64,000 nt of DNA from Euglena gracilis (Eukaryota). The position numbers were made by a program, and so were the translations under genes. The stretch spans positions 6,049,693 to 6,113,692 of the forward strand of contig CP154954.1 of the NCBI GenBank assembly GCA_039621445.1. The letters run 5' to 3'. Shown here piece after piece: positions 38,585-50,139 of this stretch (the first letter of the stretch is position 1; every line of letters starts with the position of its first letter). Below the pieces are notes generated by a model, which worked only from the letters and a program-made list of their open reading frames with translations, did no database searches and was not told the DNA's origin.

Positions 38585-41085
38585 TTGATACGAAAACTGT
38601 GTCCAGAACGCCGGTTCGGGCGTGAAGCCGTGTTCCAGAACGCCGGTTCGGGCGGCCGCCCGAACCGGCGTTCTGGAACACGGCTTCACGCCCGAACCGG
38701 CGTTCTGGACACAGTTGTTGAAACCGTGGATTAGGGGCTCTGGCTTCACGCCCGAACCGGCGTTCAAGGAATCCAGGCCAATTTCGCTCTAAATACCCAT
38801 TTTTTGAACCTTTTTGAGCATTTTTTTTTTTTTTGATAGGAAGATTGAAGTTTTCACAAATGTGATGCCATGTTACCCATCAATCGAAAGCTCTTCTCAA
38901 TCATGTATTCCAAAAATTGACATCCTGATTTGTGAAATCCCACACCTCAGGTGCCATACGGCATATCAATCGAAAGCTCTCCCCATGAGCTTTCATTTGG
39001 TTCCCTTAAAACTCAGCCACACTGCATAACGCTCTGAAAATTGCCGATCGCATGTTCCGACCCTTTTCGCAAATTCCAAAATCCACTGTGCACCTGCTGT
39101 GGGGGGGGTTGGTACACCCCTCCCCCCCCCCTCTCTGAGGGGCTCGCCACGCCATTTACCCCCCCTCCCTCTTCCTACAGCCGGCAGACACAATTATTGG
39201 ACCCCGCTGGACATTTTCGTTGGCCCCCGCTGGACAGGAAATGGGAGACTGGGGGACTTTTCTGTAGAGCCCCCAGGGAGACAAATAGAAAACCCCCCGG
39301 CCCATGAAGTTTTGGCCCCGATGGACACTTTTTGCAGGGAAACCCGTCTGAAACCTGGAACTGAAAATTCCACGGCAGACGTTGCGATTCAAATGAAATT
39401 AGGGGGAATGTCTTTGAGAGTCTGCGTATTGATCATCTTCCACCCAAAAGGTGGGGCTAAGCCACAACTCCCAAAGTGTCACAAATGTGGAAGGCAGAGG
39501 GATCATCCAGTAACTTCTCTGAAGCTGTTCCACACTGTCTCTCATTACCATGCCACACATTCACATTGATGACCAAACTTTCTGAAGCAACCTTTCTTGG
39601 TAGCAATGAACATTCCCTAAACATTGCAATTGTGGTTTGTGCCCATGTTTGAACAAATATGCAAAAAATATAAAAAAATAACCTTCACGCGTAAACAGTT
39701 TTGTGTCTACTGCGTATCATGCAAAGCAAGAGGCAACGGTGGCTGTGACGGGGTACACAGCTTTTCAAAATCACTAAACTCACCTTAATTCAGATCATGT
39801 GAAAATACCACCCCCCCCCCCCTTTATTGTCCCACCGACCTGCCCCCGGGAGGCCCGACCGGACAATAAAGGGGGGGGGGGACAATAAAGGGGTACCAAA
39901 GGAATTTCATTGGCCGGGCCAAAAAAAACCCCAGTCGGCCGGGGCCCAGGGACAATAAAGGGGGGGGGGACAATAAAGGGGGGGGGTACAATGTACAGCT
40001 TTTTATGGGTCATTTAACAAAACAGGTGGTCTCTTTGCCGGCCAACATCCAAAACACTCTCTCGACTTTTACGAATGTCACCATCTTTGCACAAATGTTT
40101 CTCCATATGTAAATCAACAGACACTAACGATTTCAGCAGGGGCGCCGGGCCGTGCGAGCGAAGCGAGCGGCCCGGTGCCCCTGCTGAAATCGTTATTGTC
40201 TGTTGATTTACTAAAACCTATTTTGTCTGGGCCCGCACGTCTGCCTTGAAAATTCATTCGACCGATGCAACTGGCTTGAGTTTTGGCCGGTTTTGTCTTT
40301 TTTTTCAAGAAAACGTACACCGTCTTGGAAATCGTTTTACACTAACGGATCCCTGTCTTGGAAATTGTTTTACACTAACAATAGCCTGTCTTGGAAATCG
40401 TTTTACACTAACAGAATTGGCCTGAAATCCATTAGTGTCTGTAGAAATTCAAGTCAGGCGTCGGGCCAGGAAATAGGTTTTAAAAAAAAAGCTGTTTGGT
40501 CCATCACCAGGTGAGCTGGGACACAGAATGTTACAGGCCGATCAGGTTGGCGAATGCCCAATATCGTTCACTCAAAGGGCTTGTTTCAGACCTTTTTGTT
40601 GTGCGAATCCGAAAACTGCTGCAGTGTGGGGGGAAAAAAGCATTTGGTAAAGGTCTGGCCTGCTCCTCTCAGTCTTCTCCATCCACTCACGCATATAACA
40701 ATAGTATGGACCCAGCATGTCCACAACAGGCACCTTCTCAGTGTGGGTTTCAAATTCTTCAAAATCTGGATGTCCTCCATGTTTTTTTCCCACCCACCTC
40801 AGTGAAAAAGCGCTTTTTCTGGTTCCTTTGAATCAAAGTTAAATTGATTTCCCCATTCTTACATAACGTGCCCCCCCCCCTATTTGTCCCTCCCCCCAAT
40901 TGGCATGAGCCCAATTGGCCAATGAGGGGGCGGCGGGGGTACTCGTTTCAAAGCCTTAGAACAAAAAATGTCTTTCCAGTCGAGGCAGTGGCATTGTCAG
41001 CACAACCCACAGGTATGTTTTTTTTATTGAATTTAAGGGTTATCGACACGTTCCTTTGAGATCAAACATTGATGTTCTTTGAATT

Positions 41086-41520
41086 CGTCAACAACGTAAC
41101 CCCCCCCAAAAATAAGACCACGGGTCCATTTCATGGGTCGGTTGCTGGAATGCCCGAGGGGGGGTCTTATTCATGGGGGGGGGGTCCATTTTACGGATTT
41201 TTGCTGGAAATTTTTTCGACCCACCAAAATGTCGAAAAATACCCCCCAAAAAACCATTATTCGAAAATTTCGGCGCTTCGCGCCAGACAAATAGAGGGAA
41301 AAATGCTGAATTGTATGGAAACTGTCCCAAAATGACAGATTTACCGCCCAAAAATGGCCCTTTTTTCAAAAATGCGGGGCTTCGCGCCGGCAGGGGGGGT
41401 CTTATTTATGGGGGGAGTCCATGGACTTTTGCTCGGACCGGCCAGGGGGGGTCTTATTTTTTTGGGGGGTCCATTTTATGGGGGGGGTCTTATTTTTGGG
41501 GGGGGGTTATGTTATTGACG
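41086..41520. mobile_element. MITE with CGTCAAYAACRTAACCCCCCCAAAAATAAGACC TIRs
   Basis: About 33-bp imperfect TIR; internal GGGTCCATTTT/GGGTCTTATT repeats. Confidence 0.7.
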
Positions 41521-41644
41521 CCTTTGATCGGATCGGTGTTTTGTGTCCCTAAGCACACTCACGGTGATTCCCTACTAGACAATTTCTTATTTCAATTGGA
41601 CTACAGGATTTCAGAACCACCAGTCCCAAATGAAGGAAATGTTT

Positions 41645-42645
41645 CGGATTTTCAGATTTTTCTTTTCAATTTTCAGGACCCCCGGCCCCCGAAGGAGAAG
41701 GGGGGGGTCGGATTTTTTTGAATTTTCAGGAACCCCGGCCCCCGAAGTAAAGGGGGGGGGGGCGGTTGGATGTTTGAATTTTCGGATTTTTTTGAGTTTT
41801 CAGGAGCCCCGGCCCCCGAAGGAGGGGGGGGAGGGCGGTTGGATTTTTGAATTTTCAGTTTGTTGGAATAATTCGGACCCCGGCACCCGAAGGAAAGGGG
41901 GGGGGGGTTGTGTTTTTTAATTTTCAGTTTGTCGGAATAATTCGGACCCCGGCCACGAAAGGAAAGAGGGGGGGGGGTTGGATTTTTGAATTTTCGGATT
42001 ATTTTGAATTTTCAGGACCCCCGGACCCCAAAGGAAGGGAGGGGGGGGCGGTTGGATTTTTGAATTTTCAGTAACTTTGGGTAATTCGGAACCCGGCCCC
42101 CGAAGGAAAAGGGGGGGGGGCGGTTGAATTTTTTAATTTTCAGATTTTTTTGAATATTTAGGTCCCCCGGCCCCCGAAGGAATGGGGGGGGGGAGGCGGT
42201 TGTATTTCTGAATTTTCAGTTTGTTGGATTAATTCGGACCCCGGCACCCGAACGAAAGGGGGGTTTGGCTTTTTGAATTTTCAGTTTGTTGGAATAATTC
42301 GGACCCCGGCCACCAAAGGAAAGGGGGGGGGGTTGGATTTTTGAATTTTCGGATTATTTTGAATTTTCAGGACCCCCGGACCCCAAAGGAAGCGGGGGAG
42401 GCGGTTGGATTTTTGAATTTTCAGTTACTTTGGGTAATTCGGACCCCGGCCCCCGAAGGAAAGGGGGGGGGCGTTTGGACTTTTGTATTTTCGGATTTCT
42501 TTGAATTCTCAGGACCCCCGGCCCCCGAAGTAAAGGGGGGGGGGGGCGATTGGATTTTTTAATGTTCGGATTATTTTGAATTTTCAGGACCCCCGGACCC
42601 CAAAGGAAGGGGGGGGGGCGGTTGGATTTTTGAATTTTCAGTTAC
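41645..42645. repeat. About 60-65-bp degenerate tandem array (TTTTGAATTTTCAGGACCCCGGCCCCCGAAGG...)
   Basis: About 15 units seen directly. Confidence 0.88.
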
Positions 42646-43865
42646 TGCGGGAGGCCATGGCCAACATCAACCCACCGTCAACACCTACTCCTGCACCACC
42701 AACTACTACTACTCCCCCATCTACTACACCAACCTCAACTCCATCTACCGCGACCCCGAACCGCACTACGCCAACAACCCTGCACCCGACACCAACACCT
42801 ACTTCAATCCCTTCCACACCGTCGACGGCTGTCGGGAGCGGCGGCGCGGGCGGCGGATTCGGGCCCCGGTGGCCGCGCGGAGCCCGCGGCGGGCAATGGC
42901 GGCGCTTCGCCGCCTACCAAGCCCCCTTCGCACCAACACAATACCCGCATCCGCAATTCTACCCTTTCCCTCCCCCATTCCCGTCCCTTCCTTACCCCCC
43001 CACCTTTCCCATATTGCTGATGAATCCATTGTGGCTCCACGGGAGCCATGGTGGTGGCATGCCCTGTGGATCTGAGAAGGAAAACCCCCTTTTTTTCTTT
43101 ACATCATAAGGCTGTTCCATCAGACAAGAGCGGAATCCAACACAAATTCTCCCAAGAAAGCTTTTCCCCGACCACCGCAATTTTATCCTGTGCTTTTTTG
43201 TTTTTATTTGTTTCACATTCTGTGCCCAAGATGCCAAGACCATGCTCGGAAAGAAATAAGAATGGGGGGGGTGATTGAAACCGCCCACAAGTGGCCTCAA
43301 TGGTGCGAGCCGGGTTGGCTCGCAAGGGGGGGAGTGTTGGCGGAATGGGTCCGCCAAGGGGTTGGCAGGAACAGCCAAATAGCGCAACCCACAGCGGAAC
43401 AAATTAGAACCCAGTCTAAAGGTTTGATGAAACAAAAATCTTTCTCTTATCCACAGGGTCCTTCTGTTTTCTTTCTACCACTCTTATCCCTTCTACTACC
43501 ATCACCACAACTTGTGCTTCACATTGGTGTTCCCATTCATTTTGCTGCATTTGATTCAAGACTTCTTCCAAAGGGTTTCCAAAGGGATTCATTGACTCTT
43601 TCCGAAGTAGTCTTTCACCCATTGTCCAGGATTGTTCTTTTTTTTCCAAAGCAAAGTCCCTCAATTTTCTCTTGCAAACTGTTTGGTGTGAGATAGGACC
43701 TGAGCCCATCCACAAGGAAACAAACTTTTGCGACACCTCGGGCTCCGCACTTTGCCATTTTGAGGCCATGCCTTGCTCGCCGGCGGTTTGTTGTGATTGT
43801 TTGCTGCGCTGGGTTAGGAGGTCCCGCTTAGTGCCTTTTTTCGCCGGAGTTGGCTGATTCTTAGC

Positions 43866-45290
43866 TTGCCCTTCGACACCCAGAAGAAAGGAACAGAGTC
43901 AACGAACGAAGAAGAACCAAGAAAAGAAGTCAAATACCAATTCAATATCCAGAAGGACACGAACCAGACGAATATCAACTCAAAAATCAATTATCAAATT
44001 TCAAATTTGACTTCAATGAGCAATGCAGTTGAGAAGAAATTGGAATTTCATGGCCGCGGACGTCTTGGAGCAGAGGCCGCAGCAGCAGCTGGAGAACTTG
44101 GAGATGCGGTCGACACGTGGCAAACCGTGGCCGTTCTTCCCACCCAGACCCCCACCCCAGAAATTTCCCACAAAAACCCCCCCAGTGACGGCCACGGTCC
44201 TTGGACCACTGTGGCCAGAAGGCCCAGAAAACAGAAGTCAGCCCCAACCCTCAGTGGGCCAAGGATGGGCCATGGAGGCCCAAAATGCTTCAGCATTGGA
44301 CAGCCAAAGCCCACAGATCAGGGGCTTTTCCCCCAAGCCTGCACACAATTTGGCCAAAGGCTGGGGAGATGGAATCAAGGCCAAGGAGGTCACCATTACA
44401 GGGGACATGGGGGCCAATTTTACAAGCAAATCCCCTCAGGAAGGGGCAGAAAAGGTCTGTCAAACCCCCCCAATTCATCTTACACAACAGCCCCTCTCAG
44501 GGGGACAAGGGGGGACCACAGCAGCCCCCCCATATTTCCAATGGGGTTGGAGGCCAAGAAGAACTCAAGGCCCACAAGACCAAGAGATGGATTATGGAAA
44601 AAAATTTATATATGGAGTCCTTGGAAGCCAGCAGGGTGGACCCACAGTGGCCACCAAGAAGCTAAGGGGCATCATCCCCAACCAGCAGGGTGGACCCACA
44701 GTGGCCACCAAGAAGCTAAGGATGCTGCTGGTGAAATCCCCCGAGGGACCCACAGAGGCCCTCTGCCTAAAATGGGGGAAAAAGGGACCCACAGTGGCCC
44801 TTTCAATGACCCAGCCCCAGGAGGAAAATGGACCCACAGTGGCCCTTGTGGAGGGAGGGGCAGGAACCCCTCCAACAATTATTCCTCAATTTCCAATGAT
44901 TCAATCAAGGGGGGGACCCACAGAGGCCCCCCTATGGTATGTCAACCAACCACATCAACATGGAGAAGACCAGATAGGCCAAACAGGGGCAGTAAGCCCT
45001 ATGGTATGTCTTCCAACAACAAGATCATCCAGAGAGGTGAGCAGAGAGGGAGAGAGTGCATGCACATCCCCCCAGAAAATATTTCTTTTTCCAAGGGCCC
45101 AAGCCCTAGGGGACCTAAGGGTGCAATGTCCAACACCCCCAACCCAACCCCCCCACAATCATCTTGTCCAGAAAATAAATTCAATGGAGGAAACGAAGGG
45201 AGACACCCCCCTCCATCAAAGGTTGCAAAAAAGCCTGAAATGTCCCACCCCCAGCCCAGCCCCCCCAAAATCATCTCATCCAAGAAATAA
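43866..45290 (+). CDS. DIRS A ORF1 (gag-like, low complexity)
   Basis: Long ORF just after the left ITR; shares DGHGPWTTV with ORF1 of copy B. Confidence 0.55.
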   Translation: MPFDTQKKGTESTNEEEPRKEVKYQFNIQKDTNQTNINSKINYQISNLTSMSNAVEKKLEFHGRGRLGAEAAAAAGELGDAVDTWQTVAVLPTQTPTPEISHKNPPSDGHGPWTTVARRPRKQKSAPTLSGPRMGHGGPKCFSIGQPKPTDQGLFPQACTQFGQRLGRWNQGQGGHHYRGHGGQFYKQIPSGRGRKGLSNPPNSSYTTAPLRGTRGDHSSPPIFPMGLEAKKNSRPTRPRDGLWKKIYIWSPWKPAGWTHSGHQEAKGHHPQPAGWTHSGHQEAKDAAGEIPRGTHRGPLPKMGEKGTHSGPFNDPAPGGKWTHSGPCGGRGRNPSNNYSSISNDSIKGGTHRGPPMVCQPTTSTWRRPDRPNRGSKPYGMSSNNKIIQRGEQRGRECMHIPPENISFSKGPSPRGPKGAMSNTPNPTPPQSSCPENKFNGGNEGRHPPPSKVAKKPEMSHPQPSPPKIISSKK

Positions 45291-45434
45291 ATTCCATGGA
45301 GGAAAAATGGGGAGACACCCCCCTCCATCAAAGGCTGCAAAAAAGCTTGAAATGGTGGACAAAAATGCCCCCCCCCAACAACATGTCAACTCATCAGGGA
45401 TGGCATTCAACCCCCCTGGGTCTGCCCACCAAAA

Positions 45435-46620
45435 TTGTCCACCCACCCAAAACCCAGAGCCAACCTGGACCTGAACCAGGCAGAAAAAATCCTGCTGGAT
45501 TACGAAAAAACTGGGTCAATAAAACGAGTTTGGGATTCAGAAACCCAGCATTTAATCCCATGGTTTCTAATTTCAAAACCAGAAGGGGGAACAACCAAAT
45601 GGAGAATGATCAGCGACTGCAGAGAATTAAATCAGCAGTTTCGTGTGAAACCTTTCAAGCTGGATCACATCCAGCACATTTTTCCAGTTTTGGAAAAAGG
45701 CCACTGGGCAGCAAAAATAGACCTGAAGGATGCCTATTTTCATATTCCAGTAAGTCCAGGCCTAAGGCCATTTTTAAGGCATCAGGTGGGGGGGGGGGCA
45801 GACCTGGGAATTCCAGGCAGGCTGTTTTGGCCTGAATGTGATGCCCCAAATTTTCATGTCAGTCATGAAAACATTCGAAAAACTGTGGAGGAAAAGGGGC
45901 ATCCAGGTATTTATTTACCTGGACGACATTTTACTGGTGGCCCCAACACAAATCACCTTACAAAATCACGTGAACACAGTGGTCAGGGATTTAATCAAAT
46001 CAGGATTCAAAACCAATGTAAAAAAGTCCACCCTGCAGCCCACACAAATCGTAAATCATCTTGGATTTCAACTAAACTTCCAAGAGGGAAAATTACAGGT
46101 GCCCCCCCAGAAAAAAAAACAGCTGGGAAAAGTGGTGAAAAAAGATTACATGTCAAAAAGGCAACTGGCTGCCATTTTGGGCCAAATAAGATGCAATCTG
46201 ATGGCCCTGCCCTTTCTAAGGGCCTTTACGGATGCCATGGCAAATTTTTTGGTGGAAAATTCCACAGCCCCCTGGGACTCAAAACACCCCATTTCCCAAA
46301 GAATAAAGGCCCAATTAAGGGAAATAAAAATTCTGCTGGACACCTGGGGTGGCAGACCCTTCCCCCGAAGTGCAACCAGGGAGTTGCACTCAGACAGCAG
46401 CACCCACGCATGGGGGGGACTGGACATTCGAACAGGCAAAATTGTGCAAGAATTGTGGAGGGAAAGCTCCATTTTGCACATAAACGTCAAAGAATTAAGT
46501 GCAGCAATAAGCACAGTTCAAAGCCTCAGCCAACCAGGAGAAACTGTGTCCCTGTCAGTGGACAATCAAGTAATTTACTATTACTTAACAAAGGGGGGGG
46601 GGCAGAAAAGACCCCTTCAA
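45435..46620 (+). CDS. DIRS A reverse transcriptase-RNase H (frameshift at a poly-G run near 45790)
   Basis: WRMISDCRELN, KIDLKDAYFHIP, YLDDILL, HSDSSTHAWGG, HINVKEL, VDNQ. Confidence 0.9.
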
Positions 46621-46624
46621 TTCC

Positions 46625-47245
46625 ATGCTAAGACCCTTCTTCAAATGGTGCATGGAGCACAACGTAAACCTGCAAGTAAAGTGGGTCCCTTCAAAGGAAT
46701 GCCTGGCAGACCCCATAATCAGGTGGGAAATGGACAGGGGGGATTATTCCCTGGACCCCCAACTTTTTCAATGGCTGAGGCAGCAGTTCAAAAATTACAT
46801 CACCCTGAAAACAGACCTTTTTGCCTCACCAGGCAACAAAAAACTGCCACAATTTGTGGCCAGGTGGCCCCACTGGGAAGCCACAGCAGTGGATGCATTG
46901 CAATGTCCACTGGACAACATGGGGGGCCTTTATGCAAACCCCCCCTGGTCTGTAATTCAAAAATTTCTCCCCAGATTAAGAGTGTTTCCACAAGCCAAAG
47001 TTTTGATGGTCACCCCCTACTGGGATTCAGCCACATGGTGGCCCCAGTTAATAAAAATGAAAGTACCAGGGACCCCCTGCCTGAAAATCACCCCTTACAA
47101 GGGTATGTTTACCAATTGCAGGGGGGAAAAAATGCCACCCCCCAGGTGGCCCCTCCTTTGCATGATTTGCTCAGGCAAATTTTGTAGGGGAAACAAATAC
47201 AAAATTCAACCATTACAGATTTCCTGGGAAGAAACCCCAGTTTGA
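46625..47245 (+). CDS. DIRS A N6-adenine methyltransferase-like domain
   Basis: TDLFASPGN (motif I), YANPPW (catalytic motif IV), VTPYWDSATWW. Confidence 0.85.
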   Translation: MLRPFFKWCMEHNVNLQVKWVPSKECLADPIIRWEMDRGDYSLDPQLFQWLRQQFKNYITLKTDLFASPGNKKLPQFVARWPHWEATAVDALQCPLDNMGGLYANPPWSVIQKFLPRLRVFPQAKVLMVTPYWDSATWWPQLIKMKVPGTPCLKITPYKGMFTNCRGEKMPPPRWPLLCMICSGKFCRGNKYKIQPLQISWEETPV

Positions 47246-48070
47246 AAAGGTACCAAAGTGCCTTTACGCTTTTATGGGTGATTCTGGAAAAAATGGGGGT
47301 ACCCCCCCCTGAAGCCACCACTGACCAAGTGGTTGACGCTTTAATTCAACTGTTTCAATTTTCAAAGGCCCAAGCACGCAATGCATACAGTGCTATGCTA
47401 TTGATCCCTGGCTTTGGGGGCCTGATGTTCCATGCCATGTTGGCACCTTACAAAAGGCTTTGGAACCAAAACCTGGAGAAATATGGTGCATTCTGGGATC
47501 CCCTCCCAATCCTCCTGGGGCTGGCACAGTCCCCCCTGCCCTCTGATATATGTACATTGCGTACACAACTCATTTCCTGTTCACGAATCCTCTGTTTATA
47601 CAGAAGTTCTGATTTGGCACAGGTCCAAAGAACCACCAGTGTGTGGGGGGGGGGGCACCCTACATCAAAATTAAACGTAAAGGGCAAAAATTCCATAAGT
47701 GGGAGCGGGTTGTCTCCATACCCCAGTGCCCCCAAATCAGCCCCTTTCGTTTAATGCTGTCTTATGTGGCAGCAACACGTTTCTTTGTGAAACCTGGGGG
47801 CCCCCTCTTAATTTACGTTAAAACCCCCCTACAAAGCCATTAAGGCAGATACCATTGCTTCTATCACCAAAGACGTTTTGACCAAACAGGGGGTGCCCCC
47901 CCAGGTTTGGGGACCCCACTCCACCAGAGGGGCAGGGGTTGGTTTGCTCAAAAAATTGGGCCTTTCTGCCCAAGAAGTTTGTGAAATTGTTCAATGGAAG
48001 GGGGTGGAGGCTTTTACAGCCCATTATCAAAGACTTGGTGCCCAAGGTTCTTTGGAGAATGCCCTGGCCC
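47242..48070 (+). CDS. DIRS A tyrosine recombinase (frameshifted)
   Basis: LYRSSDL, HSTRGAG, QWKG..AFTAHY across frameshifts. Confidence 0.85.
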
Positions 48071-48645
48071 CCCTTTTTTCAGTGCACAATCTGGCCTCAC
48101 AATGGCAAAGTGCGGAGCCCGAGGTGTCTCGTACTCCCTCGAGGCAGACCGAGAAGGGAGGAAGGGACACCGAGGGCGAAGCACAAAGACATTGTGAGAC
48201 CGACCCCCCCACCCATATAAGAAAATTTGTCTTCAAACGCCCTCGATCAGAAGATGGGGGCCAGGGGGGGGGGGAGGTGGGGGGGGACCCCCCCAGGCAA
48301 AGAAACAGTGCCATGGTCGCCACGTCGGAGACGATGCAGCCAACTGCGGCGAGGCGGCACTAAGCGGGACCTCCTAACCCAGCGCAGCAAACAATCACAA
48401 CAAACCGCCGGCGAGCAAGGCATGGCCTCACAATGTCTTTGTGCTTCGCCCTCGGTGTCCCTTCCTCCCTTCTCGGTCTGCCTCGAGGGAGTACGAACCA
48501 AAGGGAAAATGCCAGGGGGGAATTCAAGGACCATTCGGGCTCCGCACTGCGAGATGGTGAGGTCCTGCTTTCCTTGCCGGCTGTTCTGTTCTGGTGTGTT
48601 TGTGCGTGCGCGGGGGGTGCTTCTTACTGCTTTTTGTAGCCGGAG

Positions 48646-49764
48646 TTGGCTGATTCCTATTTCTGCCCTTCGACCTCAAGGAGAAATAATTTTACTTCTA
48701 CGACTCAAGTGGACGAAAATTTTCGGAACTTCAACTTCCTGACGGAAGAATTCAACTTTTCGAAGATCAACAACGAGACTTCCATGAAGAATGAATTTCA
48801 AAGAACCTTTGAATTTCAAGAAGAACTTCAACGGACTTCCAAGAAGTCAATTGAAGCTGGGGAAGGTGGAGACACAGCAGCAGCTGCAGCAGCTGGAGGG
48901 GCGGCAACAGCTCGTCAGTCCGTGGCCATCGCAACCCCCCCACCCCCCAACGCTTCAGAGATTTCAAAACTCAAGGTTTCAGACTACCCCACTAACAATG
49001 ATGGCCATGGACCATGGACAACTGTGGTCAGGAAGAGACGACAGAGGGGGACCACCATCACAGGTCCAACAGACTCCACCCCTTTTTCGCAGTTCCTCCC
49101 CTTTCAGGGGAAAAAGCAAAGGCTATGGCAGCCTCAATCCAAAGGATTCAAATCAAAGTCAAGGCTATGGCAGCCATCATTGGACAGGGCCAGGGGCCCA
49201 GAATCATGGCTATGGAAGCCATCATCCAAGAGGGCAGTGGGCCCAGGAGCAAGGCTATGGCAGCCTGTGTCCAAACCTGGGAAGCTCCCATGGAGGAAAG
49301 GTATGTCCAACTTACCCCACAGCTCCCTCAAACACAAACCCCTCAGGAGCTGCACATCCAGTCAAGCAACCCCCCCTTCAAAGGCCAATGGAGGCCATAT
49401 GCAAGGGCCCAATGGGGGCAATCAAAGCATCAAGAAAAAGGCCATCCAAAAAAGATGGCGAGACACAAAAAGCAAAGGATCAATGGGAAAATCAAGCAAA
49501 ATGAACAGGATGGAGCCAAGAACAAGGGGCACAGCCAGCCCGGGGGGGGCCAAGAGAAACCCAGAAGCAGGGCAAGCCAAAAGGACCCCATGGGGCCAGC
49601 ACAGCAGACCCCATTGGGAAGCCAGGGGCCCATTCAGACCAGGGGGCCAGGGAGGACCCCATGATGCCACCCATGGAGGCCAGGGACCCAGGCAGGTGCC
49701 CCATTCAGGCCTGGAGGCCAGCATTCCATTGGGGGGGAGGCCCAGAGGTACAAACAGGGAGTAA
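48646..49764 (+). CDS. DIRS B ORF1 (gag-like)
   Basis: Long ORF with DGHGPWTTV and repeated RLWQP motifs. Confidence 0.55.
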   Translation: MADSYFCPSTSRRNNFTSTTQVDENFRNFNFLTEEFNFSKINNETSMKNEFQRTFEFQEELQRTSKKSIEAGEGGDTAAAAAAGGAATARQSVAIATPPPPNASEISKLKVSDYPTNNDGHGPWTTVVRKRRQRGTTITGPTDSTPFSQFLPFQGKKQRLWQPQSKGFKSKSRLWQPSLDRARGPESWLWKPSSKRAVGPGARLWQPVSKPGKLPWRKGMSNLPHSSLKHKPLRSCTSSQATPPSKANGGHMQGPNGGNQSIKKKAIQKRWRDTKSKGSMGKSSKMNRMEPRTRGTASPGGAKRNPEAGQAKRTPWGQHSRPHWEARGPFRPGGQGGPHDATHGGQGPRQVPHSGLEASIPLGGRPRGTNRE

Positions 49765-50139
49765 TCAGCCAAACCCCCCCCTATATATGTACCCCATTGC
49801 AGACACAACTTTCCCCAATCAAAATCAGGACTGTCTTTGGCCCCCTATGGCAGGGCCAGATTTCCCAGTGATGGGCAGCCAGGCAGGACCCCAGATGGGG
49901 CAGCCAGACCCCATTAAACCTGCAGGACAGGGGGAAGGGGTCAGTGATGGGGCCTGTGGATCCCCCACATTCACCCAGGTCATTCGCAGGCCAGCATTCC
50001 CCATTGGGTCAAGGCAGGGGCCAGCACAGAGGTATTAAACCTGATAAGGGAAGGGGTCAGGGCAGATCTTCCCCTCCCCCCTCAGATGTCCTTAAAAATT
50101 CCCTTCAAAACTCCCCAAGAAATGACTGCCCAAAAAATT

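Larger units (their letters stand above)
43732..48496 (+). mobile_element. DIRS1-type tyrosine-recombinase retrotransposon, copy A
   Basis: Left ITR 43732-43835, right ITR 48356-48496 and ICR 48092-48198, which is complementary to both termini. Encodes ORF1, RT-RNaseH, MTase and YR. Confidence 0.93.

Noticed and set aside
46625-47245. Methyltransferase as a bacterial restriction-modification or horizontally transferred gene
   Set aside because: It lies between RNase H and YR inside ITRs, which is the standard DIRS1 layout.
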